A DNA stretch of 64,000 nt from Alphaproteobacteria bacterium (GCA_017302165.1 JAFLCW010000004.1:59834-123833), one strand, 5' to 3'. Numbered from the stretch's first letter, positions 38,307 to 49,715 are shown. Notes: generated by a model not told the origin, from the sequence alone. Program-made: numbers and translations.

Positions 38307-39875
38307 CTATACTGGCACGTCTGATTTACGCCCGCGATGTTTGAGCCATGTGGCCACGACAAGACGCGAGAGCGGGATCGCCGTAAAAAATGACGTGATA
38401 ATCCCAATTCCCAACGTCACCGCAAACCCCTTGATGGGACCTGTTCCAAACGAGAACAGAATAATCGCGGCGATCAGCGTGGTAAGGTTTGAATCAATGA
38501 TGGTCGCCATGGCGCGGTTATACCCCGCATCAATCGCCGCCACGGGCGAGCGCCCCAGCCGCAATTCTTCGCGTATCCGTTCAAAAATAAGCACGTTTGA
38601 ATCAACGGCCATCGCCAACGTCAGTAATAAACCCGCAATCCCCGGCATGGTCAATGTGGCCTGAAAGACCGACATAATCGCCACAACCAAGAACAAATTG
38701 ATAAACAAGGCAATATTGGCAAACACACCAAACACGTTGTAATAAACGGCCACAAACCCCAAAATCATGATGAGCCCTACCAGACAAGCCATTTCACCCG
38801 CGGCAATCGAATCCTGACCCAGCGAAGGCCCCACGGTTCTTTCCTCGATAATCTTCAGCGGTGCTGGCAGAGCCCCGGCGCGGAGCAAGAGCGACAAATC
38901 ACCCGCTTCCTTGATGGTGAAATTCCCAGAAATTTGCCCCGACCCGCCGCATATCGGTTCACGGATCACCGGCGCACTGATGATGACGCCATCCAGTACA
39001 ATGGCAAACAGGCGGTTCACATTATCGCGGCTTAAGTCACAAAAACGTTTGGTGCCAATCGCATCAAACCGGAACGAGACGGCTGGTTGCCCGGCTTGAT
39101 CTTGTGCCACCTGCGCCGTGACCAACATATCGCCCGTGACATCGGCTCTGCGGTCAACGGCCATCGTTTGCCCCGGATTTTCAGCCATGGGTAGCACGAG
39201 CGTCCCCCCACCGGATTGAAGATTGGATGACACATCCATATCCACCAAATGGAATGATAATTTGGCCGTCGTGCCCAGCAAGTTTTTAATTCGCGCCGGA
39301 TCATCCAGCCCCGGTAACTGCACCAAAATACGGTCTTCACCTTGGCGTTGTATCACAGGTTCGTTGGTGCCCGTTTCATCCACCCGGCGGCGGACAATTT
39401 CAATAGATTGATCGATGGTTTGATCCTTAATGGCCTTAAGGGCAGATTCAGAAAAACTCGCCTCAAGCGTATTATTATCCTTCACAGCGATCTCTAGCCC
39501 TGAATCAAGACTACGTAAAATTTTCTGCGCCGCCTCGCTGTCTTTCATATCAGTCAGTACCAGACGAATTCCATTATCCATGGGCATCAAGCGTTTATAC
39601 CCGATCCGTTGTTGACGCAGTTCAGGACGCGCCGACAACACCATGCCTTCGGCGCGTTCTTTCGTGATGGACGATAAATCTACCTGCAAAAGCAAGTGAG
39701 ATCCCCCTTGAAGATCCAGCCCCAGATTGATCGTCTGAGACGGCATCCATCCGGGCAGATGGTCTTTAATCTTGGCGCGCATATCGGCGGATAGAATATT
39801 CGGGATTGAATATGCCACCGCCAGTACGCACACCAGCAAGATCAGAATAACTTTCCATCTGGGAATATGGATCAT
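38307..39875 (-). CDS. secD: Protein translocase subunit SecD
   Basis: 522 aa. ...LGLDLQGGSHLLLQVD... with a C-terminal 6-TM domain. Confidence 0.93.
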   Translation of the reverse strand: MIHIPRWKVILILLVCVLAVAYSIPNILSADMRAKIKDHLPGWMPSQTINLGLDLQGGSHLLLQVDLSSITKERAEGMVLSARPELRQQRIGYKRLMPMDNGIRLVLTDMKDSEAAQKILRSLDSGLEIAVKDNNTLEASFSESALKAIKDQTIDQSIEIVRRRVDETGTNEPVIQRQGEDRILVQLPGLDDPARIKNLLGTTAKLSFHLVDMDVSSNLQSGGGTLVLPMAENPGQTMAVDRRADVTGDMLVTAQVAQDQAGQPAVSFRFDAIGTKRFCDLSRDNVNRLFAIVLDGVIISAPVIREPICGGSGQISGNFTIKEAGDLSLLLRAGALPAPLKIIEERTVGPSLGQDSIAAGEMACLVGLIMILGFVAVYYNVFGVFANIALFINLFLVVAIMSVFQATLTMPGIAGLLLTLAMAVDSNVLIFERIREELRLGRSPVAAIDAGYNRAMATIIDSNLTTLIAAIILFSFGTGPIKGFAVTLGIGIITSFFTAIPLSRLVVATWLKHRGRKSDVPV

Positions 39876-39906
39876 GAGGAAAACGCCTTTTTAATAAATA
39901 AGGGTG

Positions 39907-40266
39907 TTATTTTTTGGTCGCCATGCCTTGGATGGTGGTACGAAGGGCGGTGACCTTCATCCCGCCGCCTAGATCGATGATCACTTCATCATCCTTGTCC
40001 TCAATTTTTTCAATCGTGCCAATCAAGCCGCCGGCGGTCACGACCTTATCGCCTTTTTTCAACGCCGAGAGCATATCGGCATGTTCTTTGAATCTTTTTT
40101 GCTGGGGACGGATCAACAACATGTAAAACATCACCACCAAAATGGCGATCAACCCCAGATTCCACATCACCGGATTACCGGGTGCCGCCGGGGGCATAGC
40201 CTGCACAGCGGCATCAGCGGCCACAGCGGCGGTTTCTTGCGCATAAGCACTTGATATAAAGATCAT
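39907..40266 (-). CDS. yajC: Preprotein translocase subunit YajC
   Basis: 119 aa from ATG 40266. ...LLIRPQQKRFKEHADMLSALKKGDKVVTAGGLIGTI... The track's 148-aa version is an upstream extension. Confidence 0.88.
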   Translation of the reverse strand: MIFISSAYAQETAAVAADAAVQAMPPAAPGNPVMWNLGLIAILVVMFYMLLIRPQQKRFKEHADMLSALKKGDKVVTAGGLIGTIEKIEDKDDEVIIDLGGGMKVTALRTTIQGMATKK

Positions 40267-40332
40267 TTCATGTTCCTTTGGCTTGAAATTGGAAATGGCC
40301 GGACTATACCGCCTTTGGGTATAAAAACAAGT

Positions 40333-41220
40333 ATGGAAACGGAACTTATGCACGTGCGCGAAGATCAGACAGACAATTTGCTAACTCTATTGACCCGCAT
40401 CGCCCAAGCGTTAGAAATTACAGCGGGTTCCGCCATGCCGACCTCTCCAGAAAATTGGGATACCGCCTCAGCGTGGGTCTGGAACCCTGACCCGGCGAGG
40501 CAGGCTTTGATGCCCGTAGCGGATACTGGCGCCCTGCCCTTATCGCTTTTGGTGGGGATTAATCCGCAAATAGATTTATTGAAAGATAACACGTGGCAAT
40601 TCGCCCAAGGATATTTGGCAAATAACGCGCTTCTTTGGGGGGCGCGCGGGATGGGTAAAAGTTCGCTGGTGAAATCCATTCACGCCGATATCGAACAGAA
40701 AAACCCGGGTGTGTTAAAACTGATTGAAATCCACCGGGAAGATATTTTATCGCTCCCGACACTCTTATCCATTTTAAGACAATATCCCACATACCGATTT
40801 ATTTTATTCTGTGATGATTTATCGTTTGATGAACAGGACGGAGCCTATAAATCCTTGAAGGCCGTTCTTGAAGGCGGACTTGACCGTCGTCCTGACCATG
40901 TTTTGTTTTATGCAACATCCAATCGCCGTCATCTGATACCGCGCCAAATGATCGAAAATGAACGCACCACCGCCATTCACCCGGGAGAAACTGTTGAAGA
41001 AAAAGTATCGCTGTCAGATCGCTTTGGGCTATGGCTTGGGTTTTATCCCTGCACGCAGGATGAATATCTGGCGATGATCACGGGATACGCGGGTCAATAT
41101 GGATTGACGTTCGATGACAAATCAGCCGTTGAATGGGCGACCACACGCGGAGCACGATCTGGGCGCGTGGCATGGCAGTACATTCAGCAGATCGCCGGGC
41201 AACAAAAAATCAAACTATAG
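40333..41220 (+). CDS. DUF815-family P-loop ATPase
   Basis: Walker A GARGMGKSS and Walker B ILFCDDLSF. The start is uncertain (40270, 40333 or 40348). Confidence 0.72.
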   Translation: METELMHVREDQTDNLLTLLTRIAQALEITAGSAMPTSPENWDTASAWVWNPDPARQALMPVADTGALPLSLLVGINPQIDLLKDNTWQFAQGYLANNALLWGARGMGKSSLVKSIHADIEQKNPGVLKLIEIHREDILSLPTLLSILRQYPTYRFILFCDDLSFDEQDGAYKSLKAVLEGGLDRRPDHVLFYATSNRRHLIPRQMIENERTTAIHPGETVEEKVSLSDRFGLWLGFYPCTQDEYLAMITGYAGQYGLTFDDKSAVEWATTRGARSGRVAWQYIQQIAGQQKIKL

Positions 41221-41221
41221 A

Positions 41222-42238
41222 TTAAAGATATTTATCCGGATTGACGGCTGTGGTGCCTTTGCGGATTTCAAAATGTAGTTGCGGGCTATCGACCTGACCT
41301 GTGGCTCCCACCGTACCAATGGCCTGCCCCCGTTTCACCACATCGCCTTTTTTGATCAGCGTTTTATCAAGATGAGCGTAGGCCGTCATCCATTTATCTT
41401 GATGGCGCACCAGTACCAGATTGCCATAGCCTTCGAGTTTATTTCCTGCATACACCACGACGCCATTTTCGGCAGACCGCACAGGCGTTCCCTTGGGTGC
41501 CTTGATATTAATCCCATCATTATGAAGTCCGCCGGATTTAGGGCCATAGCCTGAAATAATATGGCCATCTACCGGCCACATAAATTTGCCTGTATCGGCT
41601 CGCGGCGGGGTCTTGGGCATTTTCGCGGGTGCCGAAGCGGCAGACACCGGTTCAGCCCGCACAGGCGATGACGGCGGGACAGGTGCAGAAGAAGATGTCT
41701 TCTGGGTTATGACAGGATTGGCGTTCGCACGAGCAGAAGGAATGGGCGGCAAGGCTTGACGTTCCACGCCAGTGACTTGAACAGGCGGCGAGAGCGTTTC
41801 CGGTTCTTCTGGCATCACGCGCGGCTGAGGTTGAGGCGAAGGCAATCGTAAAACTTGTCCCGCGCTTAAGGCATAAGGGGCATTTAAATTATTCAAGCGC
41901 GCCAGTTGAAACACACTGGTATCAAATGTCGCCGAAATAGACTGCACACTATCACCCGGTTTCACACGATATTCATTGGGCGGGGGCAGTTTCAAACGAT
42001 ACCCAGAACTTAAGGTATACGGTGCCGACATGGCATTGACGGTGATAATATCCCGTATCGGCAGATTATATTGTTTGGATACAGTATAGACCGTATCACC
42101 GTCGAGTATGGTATGCATGCCTGTGCTTCCTGCGCCGGGCGTGACCCCATATGTCACCACAGGCGCAGAATCCTGACGTTTGGATAAACATCCACAAAGT
42201 ACCAAAGGCAAAAGCAGAAGAAGATGCGGATATCTCAT
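41222..42238 (-). CDS. LysM-domain M23 peptidase lipoprotein (NlpD-like)
   Basis: Lipobox LVLCGC, two LysM repeats, and the M23 core GINIKAPKGTPVRSAENGVVVYAG...GNLVLVRHQDKWMTAYAHL. ATGA overlap with pcm. Confidence 0.85.
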   Translation of the reverse strand: MRYPHLLLLLPLVLCGCLSKRQDSAPVVTYGVTPGAGSTGMHTILDGDTVYTVSKQYNLPIRDIITVNAMSAPYTLSSGYRLKLPPPNEYRVKPGDSVQSISATFDTSVFQLARLNNLNAPYALSAGQVLRLPSPQPQPRVMPEEPETLSPPVQVTGVERQALPPIPSARANANPVITQKTSSSAPVPPSSPVRAEPVSAASAPAKMPKTPPRADTGKFMWPVDGHIISGYGPKSGGLHNDGINIKAPKGTPVRSAENGVVVYAGNKLEGYGNLVLVRHQDKWMTAYAHLDKTLIKKGDVVKRGQAIGTVGATGQVDSPQLHFEIRKGTTAVNPDKYL

Positions 42239-42927
42239 GCGCTGTCTCCCGTCTCTGCCGCCACATCGGGGAGTAAAGGCACAAACCGAACGGGGCAAAT
42301 ATCGCTCACCAACCATGTATCGTCTGACAGTTTCACGTATTTTTTTAAAATCTGATCCGCCAGTGGCCCCACCGGCACCACCATGACACCCCCGATTTTT
42401 AATTGATCAAACAAAGATTGCGGGGGTTTATCTTGGGCTCCGGCCGTCACAATAATTTTATCAAACGGCGCTTGATCGACCCCATTGATGCGCGGCCAAC
42501 CCAGCATGCCATCCGCACACATGGCGGTGATATTTCGAAGATGAAGCTGGCGAAATAATATCTCAGCCTGATCCAGCAGAGGTTTATGACGTTCAATCGA
42601 ATATACGCGGCGGCAGATTTTAGACAAAATGGCGGATTGGTATCCTGAGCCTGTGCCGATCTCCAGCACCTTATCCCGATCCGTCAACGCCAGAGACTCA
42701 GTCATCAAGGCAACAATGTAAGGTTGGGAGATTGTTTGACCCCGCCCAATCGGGAGCGCCATATCATCCCATGCCCGGTCTTGCACCGCGGGGGGCATAA
42801 ATCTCTCTCGCGGTATATATTCCATAGCCGACAGCACCCGGGCATCACGTATCCCCTTATCGCGCAACAGCGAGACAAGACGGGCAGAATGACGAGAGGC
42901 ATATGACGTAACGGCAGGGGCGAGCAT
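42235..42927 (-). CDS. pcm: Protein-L-isoaspartate O-methyltransferase
   Basis: GQTISQPYIVALM and LEIGTGSGYQSAIL. Confidence 0.92.
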   Translation of the reverse strand: MLAPAVTSYASRHSARLVSLLRDKGIRDARVLSAMEYIPRERFMPPAVQDRAWDDMALPIGRGQTISQPYIVALMTESLALTDRDKVLEIGTGSGYQSAILSKICRRVYSIERHKPLLDQAEILFRQLHLRNITAMCADGMLGWPRINGVDQAPFDKIIVTAGAQDKPPQSLFDQLKIGGVMVVPVGPLADQILKKYVKLSDDTWLVSDICPVRFVPLLPDVAAETGDSA

Positions 42928-42979
42928 CGCACCCTTAGTGAATCACATGATTCCCCCGGATTCAAGGCATGTTTATGGC

Positions 42980-44281
42980 TTAAGCCGCCCGGGAGGTCGC
43001 TAAAGACAGGGGCATTAACTTTTCTACCCCCCCCATATAAGGCTTAAGTACGGCTGGAATCCGCACCCCGCCATCCGCCGGATCATAGTAATTTTCCAAT
43101 ACGGCAATCAGGGCACGTCCTACGGCTACGCCCGAGCCATTCAGCGTATGGGCAAAACGCGTCTCTTTTTCACCTTTTTTACGCAGACGGGCATTCATGC
43201 GGCGTGCTTGGAAATCTCCACAATTAGAACAGGATGAAATCTCCCGGTACCGATCCTGCCCCGGAAGCCAGACTTCGATGTCATAGGTTTTGCGCGCCCC
43301 AAAACCGGTATCCCCGGAACACAAAACAATGGTACGGAAAGGTAATTCAAGCTTTTTCAGAATATTTTCTGCACAGCCCGTCATGCGTTCATGTTCGGCA
43401 ATGCTGTCTTCAGGGGCGGTAATCGACACCAGTTCTACCTTATAGAACTGATGTTGACGAAGCATACCGCGTGTATCCTTGCCGGCGGCACCTGCTTCTG
43501 ACCGGAAACACGGCGTAAAGGCGCAATAGCGGCGGGGCGTATCTTCTTGATCAATAATCATGTCTGCCACCATGTTCGTCAGCGGGACTTCAGCGGTAGG
43601 AATAAGCCAATCCCCCCGCGTGGTACGAAACAGGTCTTCGGCAAATTTCGGAAGCTGTCCCGTGCCATAAGCCGTTTTATCATTCACCAAAAGCGGCGGG
43701 GATACTTCGGTATATCCATGTTCGCCCGTATGCGTATCCAACATGAATTGCGCCAGCGCGCGTTCAAGCCGCGCCAACCCGGAATGCATCAACACAAAGC
43801 GGGAGCCGGAAATTTTCGCCGCCGTTTCAAAATCCATCATCCCCAGCGCTTCGCCAATATCCGTATGATCTTTGGCGTCAGATTTTTTAAGTATCGGCGT
43901 ACCCACACGGCGGAGTTCAACGTTCTGGCTTTCGTCCTTTCCATCCGGTGTTTCATCAAACAGGATATTCGGAAGCGAGGATAAGTGAAGATTCAAGGAT
44001 TCGCCCATGGTGCGGTCTTTTTCCTCAAGTTCCGTCATACGGTTCTTAAGTGCCATGACCTCGTCCATCAATCCTGCGGCATCTCCGCCTGCTTTTTTGA
44101 CCTCACCAATTTTCTGTGATTTCGCGTTACGTTCTGCCTGAATTTTTTGGAGTTCCGTTTGAACGGCTCGGCGTTCCTCATCCAAGGCCAGCAGGGCAGA
44201 ACTTTGGCCAGCCATATTGCGGCGCGCCATTGCCTGATCAAAAGCTTTGGGGTTTTCGCGAATAAATTTTATATCGTGCAT
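42980..44281 (-). CDS. serS: Serine--tRNA ligase
   Basis: [11 protein letters not shown]... coiled-coil N-arm plus class II core (...[21 protein letters not shown]...). The start at 44281 is preferred over the track start at 44326. Confidence 0.93.
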   Translation of the reverse strand: MHDIKFIRENPKAFDQAMARRNMAGQSSALLALDEERRAVQTELQKIQAERNAKSQKIGEVKKAGGDAAGLMDEVMALKNRMTELEEKDRTMGESLNLHLSSLPNILFDETPDGKDESQNVELRRVGTPILKKSDAKDHTDIGEALGMMDFETAAKISGSRFVLMHSGLARLERALAQFMLDTHTGEHGYTEVSPPLLVNDKTAYGTGQLPKFAEDLFRTTRGDWLIPTAEVPLTNMVADMIIDQEDTPRRYCAFTPCFRSEAGAAGKDTRGMLRQHQFYKVELVSITAPEDSIAEHERMTGCAENILKKLELPFRTIVLCSGDTGFGARKTYDIEVWLPGQDRYREISSCSNCGDFQARRMNARLRKKGEKETRFAHTLNGSGVAVGRALIAVLENYYDPADGGVRIPAVLKPYMGGVEKLMPLSLATSRAA

Positions 44282-44394
44282 ATATTCCTCTTGTGTCATA
44301 CCTTCTTGTGTAATGGGGGTAAACATATCACCCGGCGTGCGCGGGCGAAAGATAGAATATCCCGTGACAGGGGTTGAAGGGGTGGTTTACACTG

Positions 44395-45252
44395 ATGGCC
44401 ATGCATCCGGCTTATCGTTTGTTACGCCCGTCTGTTTCTGCGCCGCTTGTGTGTGATTCACCCCATAGCGGCACGCATTATCCCGATGATTTTCAAACGG
44501 TATGCTCTCCCCTCGCCTTGATGACCGGGGAAGATAGACATGTAGATGAACTCTATGCCGATGCGCCCCTTCACGGGGCTGTCTTATTATGCGCCGAATT
44601 CCCCCGCACCTATATTGATGTCAACCGCGCCGTGACGGAAATTGACCCCTTGCTCCTTGATGCCCCTTGGCCGGGTGAGATTGAGGAAACCCCCCGGTCA
44701 CGCGCCGGCATTGGGCTCGTGCGCCGATTATTGACCCCCACTACCCCGATGTATGACCGTCCCTTAAGCGTGACAGAGATACAGACCCGTATTCAGAATT
44801 ATTACATACCCTATCATACAGCCTTAAAAAACATACTGGATGAAACCTATTCGGCACATGGACGGGTGTATCATCTGAATTGCCATTCCATGCCGTCTAC
44901 CAATCATTTTGCCGGATATTTGGGACGACATACTGATTTTGTATTGGGCGACCGTGATGGCACAACATCGGATATTCATTTTGTCTATGCCCTCAGATCC
45001 TGTCTTGAAGATATGGGATATAGCGTGGCCATCAATGACCCGTATAAAGGCGTTGAACTGGTGCGGCGATATGCGTGCCCGGCATTGAACAGGCATTCTG
45101 TTCAAATTGAAATCTGCCGGTCGCTTTATATGAACGAAGAAACGGGCGAAAAAAACAAAGGATTTCTGGGCTTGAAAGAAAACATCAACCGCCTGATGCG
45201 TTTTTGTGCGGATTATGTTACTGCGGAACGTGTGCCACTGGCGGCAGATTAA
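44395..45252 (+). CDS. N-formylglutamate amidohydrolase-family protein
   Basis: ...CDSPHSG...RTYIDVNR...LNCHSMPS... is the FGase pattern. The track start is TTG 44374; ATG 44395 is preferred. Confidence 0.72.
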   Translation: MAMHPAYRLLRPSVSAPLVCDSPHSGTHYPDDFQTVCSPLALMTGEDRHVDELYADAPLHGAVLLCAEFPRTYIDVNRAVTEIDPLLLDAPWPGEIEETPRSRAGIGLVRRLLTPTTPMYDRPLSVTEIQTRIQNYYIPYHTALKNILDETYSAHGRVYHLNCHSMPSTNHFAGYLGRHTDFVLGDRDGTTSDIHFVYALRSCLEDMGYSVAINDPYKGVELVRRYACPALNRHSVQIEICRSLYMNEETGEKNKGFLGLKENINRLMRFCADYVTAERVPLAAD

Positions 45253-46006
45253 TATTTTGATTTATACATGTCGTGCCGACAGGTATCAACCGATCTGTAT
45301 TATAGTGACCTTGCACCCATCGATATCCTTCTGAGCGCACGGTTTCAATAACTGCGCTCTTGTCTAATAACCCCAATTTATCTCGTATTCTATTAACGAA
45401 TACTTGAATGCAATTTGAAGGTTGATGTTTTTCAGCGCGCATTAAATCCTGATAAACACCCTCTTTCAGGGAATTTGTGGATACAATTTTACCATTTGCC
45501 TCTATTAACGTCTTTAGTACCTTAAATTCAGAAGCTGTAAGCAAAATATCTGTATCTTGAATTTGGATTCTGCCCTTTGTTTGATCAAAAAAAACACCTC
45601 CGCACAAAGTAATAACGTCACATGGTCGTTCATGGGCAGATGTCCGTCTTACAACAGTTTTAATCACACGATCTAAAACTTCAGGCTCAACTGGTAAAGG
45701 CACATAACTATCGGCTCCGGCATCTAGATAATCTATAGGATCACGAAATGAGGCTTGTCGTCCTAACACCACAATCCCGCATAGATGTCCTGTATCCCGA
45801 ATAGATTTTACTATTGATCGATAAAATTTTTGAGGCGATGTAGGCTCGTTGATAATCAGAATCGTAGGTATGGCATTACTTAAATGGCGATTTATATCCT
45901 GTATCGTACCACAAGGGATGACGTCACATACGATCTGACGCATTGCCAAAGCTTCATAAATACGCTGATCTTCAATAGGGTTTTCCCCTATAAGTATATA
46001 ACGCAT
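45218..46006 (-). CDS. Atypical OmpR-family regulator (pseudo-receiver + winged-helix output)
   Basis: C-terminus LTASEFKVLKTLIEANGKIVS...VFVNRIRDKL...VRSEGYRW is Trans_reg_C-like. The N-terminal receiver-like domain has GEN for the acidic pair, no Asp in the PTILIINEPTS region, G for Thr (VVLGRQ) and L for Lys (YVPLP). Confidence 0.7.
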   Translation of the reverse strand: MRYILIGENPIEDQRIYEALAMRQIVCDVIPCGTIQDINRHLSNAIPTILIINEPTSPQKFYRSIVKSIRDTGHLCGIVVLGRQASFRDPIDYLDAGADSYVPLPVEPEVLDRVIKTVVRRTSAHERPCDVITLCGGVFFDQTKGRIQIQDTDILLTASEFKVLKTLIEANGKIVSTNSLKEGVYQDLMRAEKHQPSNCIQVFVNRIRDKLGLLDKSAVIETVRSEGYRWVQGHYNTDRLIPVGTTCINQNINLPPVAHVPQ

Positions 46007-46060
46007 GATTTATTTATGACAAAATAATATGTTATCTGTCAATGTTCGTATATGAACGGC

Positions 46061-46702
46061 TTATCCAAAAACAATTTTGAATGTTTGCTTAAGCACGTCA
46101 TCCAGCTCTGCCATGGTGATATTCTTGCCCAAATCCTGAAAAGACGTCACGCCATGCGCGGCAATACCACACGGAACAATCCCGTTAAAATGCGAAAGAT
46201 CGGGGTTAATGTTGATCGACAGGCCATGATACGTGACGCCTTGACGAATGCGCACCCCGATGGCGGCGATTTTATCTTCGCGCGATCCCCGAACCACCCA
46301 TATGCCCACACGTCCGTCACGGCGTTCTCCGGTGATCCCAAAATATGCCAATGTCTGGATGATCCACTCTTCGAGTTGCCAGACATATTTTTTGACATCG
46401 GGAGACGCTTGGCGCGCCCTTAAATCCAGCATGACATAAGCCACACGCTGGCCGGGCCCATGATAGGTATATTGCCCCCCCCTGCCCGTTTCATGCACCG
46501 GAAAGCGAGCCGTCACCAGATCTTCTGGCCGGGCACTGGTGCCCGCCGTGTAAAGGGGGGGATGTTCCAACAGCCATATTTGCTCAGGTGCCTTACCCGC
46601 CCGGATATCCGCCACCCGGGTTTCCATGGCCGATACAGCCTGTTCATACGGGACAAGCCCCTGAGATATATGCCAATCAATTAACGTTATTTTTTCTTGC
46701 AT
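46061..46702 (-). CDS. lipB: Lipoyl(octanoyl) transferase
   Basis: 213 aa. ...[12 protein letters not shown]... and ...AAIGVRI.... Confidence 0.92.
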   Translation of the reverse strand: MQEKITLIDWHISQGLVPYEQAVSAMETRVADIRAGKAPEQIWLLEHPPLYTAGTSARPEDLVTARFPVHETGRGGQYTYHGPGQRVAYVMLDLRARQASPDVKKYVWQLEEWIIQTLAYFGITGERRDGRVGIWVVRGSREDKIAAIGVRIRQGVTYHGLSININPDLSHFNGIVPCGIAAHGVTSFQDLGKNITMAELDDVLKQTFKIVFG

Positions 46703-46731
46703 AAATAATTTTCATAAGATATAAAGCGGTC

Positions 46732-47130
46732 ATGATTCAGGAAAATCCCAAACTTAAAGCCGCCTTTGCCAATACCAATACCATTGAATATGGTGGCTTC
46801 AAGATTGTCAAAAGCGGTGATATGCCGTGGGACAAGGCACGCGTTTATGTTGATGGACAGCAGATCATTCTAAATATGACAGAAACCCGTAGCCTTGCCC
46901 TTCTTGTTGCCTACCGTGGAGAGTTTGTACCCAAAGAAGCCCACGGATTTGATAATGCTAGAAATAAAGAAGTCCGCATAGCAGGTGTGATCAATAGTAT
47001 AAAAAAATCTGCAAAAAACCAACTCGGTTTGGATATTTATTCCCGTTTTGTAACTTTTTATCCCAGAAAAAAGGATTTTCCTGATTGGGATTCCTATGCC
47101 GCTAGACTTGGCAATTACAAGATTATCTAA
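46732..47130 (+). CDS. Hypothetical protein, possibly a stand-alone OmpR-type winged-helix domain
   Basis: 132-aa AT-rich ORF. VYVDGQQIILNMTETRSLALLVAYRGEFVPKEA...VRIAGVINSIKKS loosely follows the Trans_reg_C pattern. Weak call. Confidence 0.4.
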   Translation: MIQENPKLKAAFANTNTIEYGGFKIVKSGDMPWDKARVYVDGQQIILNMTETRSLALLVAYRGEFVPKEAHGFDNARNKEVRIAGVINSIKKSAKNQLGLDIYSRFVTFYPRKKDFPDWDSYAARLGNYKII

Positions 47131-47241
47131 TTTCAATTGACGACATTGAAAACTCTATATATTTATCCTGCACCGCAATACGGATAAGACCTTGCCGGAA
47201 CGCGGTGAATTTGTTACGAACCCCTCAGCTTAACAAATTCT

Positions 47242-47328
47242 GCGGCCATGGCGGAATTGGTAGACGCGCAGCGTTGAGGTCGCTGTGGGCTAACCCCCGT
47301 GGAAGTTCGAGTCTTCTTGGCCGCACCA
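47242..47328 (+). tRNA. tRNA-Leu (anticodon GAG)
   Basis: 87 nt. Acceptor GCGGCCA/TGGCCGC, anticodon stem CAGCG/CGCTG with loop TTGAGGT, long variable arm, GTTCGAGTC T-arm, and encoded CCA. Confidence 0.9.
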
Positions 47329-47354
47329 TTTTTTTTCTATTGAGGGTCACATTC

Positions 47355-49694
47355 ATGTCCGATTCACATTCCGATAAAGATCAAAATGCCTTGCGGGATG
47401 CCGCGTTGGAATATCACCGGCTTCCGACGCCCGGTAAAATCTCGATCACGCCAACCAAAGGCATGGCAACACAACGTGACCTCGCCCTTGCTTATTCCCC
47501 AGGTGTCGCGGTGCCGTGCGAGGAAATTGAAAAAGACCCCTCAAAGGCACTCGATTACACATCCAAAGGAAATTTGGTGGCGGTCATTTCCAATGGAACG
47601 GCCGTTTTAGGATTGGGAGATATCGGTGCGCTGGCGTCCAAGCCCGTGATGGAAGGCAAAGCCGTTTTATTTAAAAAATTCGCAAATATTGATTCTGTCG
47701 ATATCGAACTGGATGAGAAAAATATCGATAAATTGGTTGATGCCATTGCGATGATGGAACCTACCTTTGGCGGGATTAATCTTGAGGATATCAAAGCCCC
47801 GGAATGTTTTGAAGTGGAACGCCGTCTTCGGGAACGTATGAAAATTCCCGTGTTCCATGATGATCAGCACGGCACCGCCATTATTGTTTCGGCATGTATT
47901 TTAAATTGGCTTCATTACACCGGACGCAAGATTACGGATGTGAAACTGGTGGCCAACGGAGCTGGTGCCTCTGCGCTGGCGTGTCTTAATCTTCTATGTG
48001 AAGTGGGCATGCCTAAAGACAATATTATTGTCTGTGACCGAAATGGTGTCATTTATAAAGGCCGCGAAAACGGCATGGATCCATATAAAGAAAAATTCGC
48101 CTCAAGCACCAATGCCCGTGATTTGAAAGATGCACTATCAGGTGCCGATATTTTCTTGGGTCTTTCCGGTCCCAAGGCCGCGACACCCGATATGGTGGCT
48201 GAAATGGCCAAGGCACCGTTGATCATGGCATTGGCCAATCCGACACCGGAAATCATGCCCGATGAAGCCCGCAAAGGTAAACCGGATGCGATTGTCTGTA
48301 CTGGACGGTCTGACTTTCCCAATCAGGTCAATAACGTTCTGTGTTTTCCGTTTTTGTTCCGGGGTGCCTTGGATGTTGGCGCTACAGCCATTAACGAAGA
48401 GATGAAAATTGCCTGCGTCAAGGCGATTGCAGAACTGGCACGTCGTGAAGCCACAGACGAAGTGGCGACCGTTTATGCCGGACAGAATCTTGAATTTGGA
48501 CCTGAATATCTTATCCCCAAACCGTTTGACCCTCGATTGATTGTCGAACTACCGATTGCTGTGGCGAAAGCCGCCATGTCCACGGGGGTAGCCACGCGTC
48601 CCATTCAGGATTTTGATGCCTACCGGGAAAAGCTTCAGCAATTCAATACCCGTTCTACCATGGTGATGCGGTCTGTATTTTCAGGCGCAAAACAAAGTCC
48701 CAAACGTGTTGTCTATAGCGAAGGCGAAGAAGAACATATTTTGCGGGCGGTGCAGATGGTCTTGGATGAAGGCGTGGCAAAGCCGATTTTGATCGGAAGA
48801 CGGGATGTTGTCACAACACGCATCAAGCGTATGCGTTTACGCATGACCGAAGGCACAGATTTTGAATTGGTCGACCCGCAGGACGACCCCCGGTATAAAG
48901 ATTACTGGGAAACCTATCACGGCCTGATGGCGCGGCGGGGCATTACGCCAGCGATGGCGCGTAATATTGTTCGCACCGATACAACCGTGATTGCCGCGCT
49001 GATGGTTCACAAAAATCAAGCCGATGGCATGGTATGCGGCACCATTGGTAATTTCCGCCAGCATTTAAACCCAATTGTCGATATCATTGGCCTGAAGCCC
49101 GGTGTGGAAACGGCCGCCGCCATGCGGATGATTATTCTGCCCAAAGGGACATTTTTTGTCTGCGATACGCATGTCAACCCGAACCCGTCCATTTCACAAA
49201 TTTCCGAAATGACCCTTCTGGCCGCCGAAGCTGTCAGCAGATTTGGGATTACGCCTAAAATAGCCCTACTCTCCCATTCCGATTTTGGAACGATTGACGA
49301 CGAAAGCTCATACAAGATGCGCTCAGCGGTACGGGATCTAAAGGAACGCGCGCCCCATTTGGAACTGGATGGTGAAATGCATGCCGACTCCGCGCTCTCC
49401 CCCGAAGTTCGGCAACTGGTGATGCCACACTCCACCCTCAAGGGGCAGGCGAATATTCTGGTTATGCCCAACATGGAATCGGCCAATATTTCATTCAACA
49501 TGATTAAAATATTGGGCGAAGGTATCCCCGTAGGCCCGATGTTGCTTGGCTTGGCCAAACCTGCCCATATTTTGACCCCTTCTGTTTCGGCACGTGGAAT
49601 ATTCAATATTACCGCTTTGATTTCGGTTGAAGCGCAGGTTGCTGGACGCCGGGATGAAACCGTGTCACAGTCACCTCGCCGTAAAACAGCATAG
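47355..49694 (+). CDS. maeB: NADP-dependent malic enzyme (malic enzyme + phosphotransacetylase-like domain)
   Basis: 779 aa from ATG 47355. ...[19 protein letters not shown]...YSPGVA... The N-terminal 50 aa of the track ORF overlap tRNA-Leu and were discarded. Confidence 0.92.
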   Translation: MSDSHSDKDQNALRDAALEYHRLPTPGKISITPTKGMATQRDLALAYSPGVAVPCEEIEKDPSKALDYTSKGNLVAVISNGTAVLGLGDIGALASKPVMEGKAVLFKKFANIDSVDIELDEKNIDKLVDAIAMMEPTFGGINLEDIKAPECFEVERRLRERMKIPVFHDDQHGTAIIVSACILNWLHYTGRKITDVKLVANGAGASALACLNLLCEVGMPKDNIIVCDRNGVIYKGRENGMDPYKEKFASSTNARDLKDALSGADIFLGLSGPKAATPDMVAEMAKAPLIMALANPTPEIMPDEARKGKPDAIVCTGRSDFPNQVNNVLCFPFLFRGALDVGATAINEEMKIACVKAIAELARREATDEVATVYAGQNLEFGPEYLIPKPFDPRLIVELPIAVAKAAMSTGVATRPIQDFDAYREKLQQFNTRSTMVMRSVFSGAKQSPKRVVYSEGEEEHILRAVQMVLDEGVAKPILIGRRDVVTTRIKRMRLRMTEGTDFELVDPQDDPRYKDYWETYHGLMARRGITPAMARNIVRTDTTVIAALMVHKNQADGMVCGTIGNFRQHLNPIVDIIGLKPGVETAAAMRMIILPKGTFFVCDTHVNPNPSISQISEMTLLAAEAVSRFGITPKIALLSHSDFGTIDDESSYKMRSAVRDLKERAPHLELDGEMHADSALSPEVRQLVMPHSTLKGQANILVMPNMESANISFNMIKILGEGIPVGPMLLGLAKPAHILTPSVSARGIFNITALISVEAQVAGRRDETVSQSPRRKTA

Positions 49695-49715
49695 CCCTAA
49701 ATCAATGAGGTGGTC

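Noticed and set aside
47205-47354. N-terminal 50-aa extension of the malic-enzyme ORF in the track.
   Set aside because: It runs straight through tRNA-Leu(GAG). The conserved MaeB sequence begins at ATG 47355.
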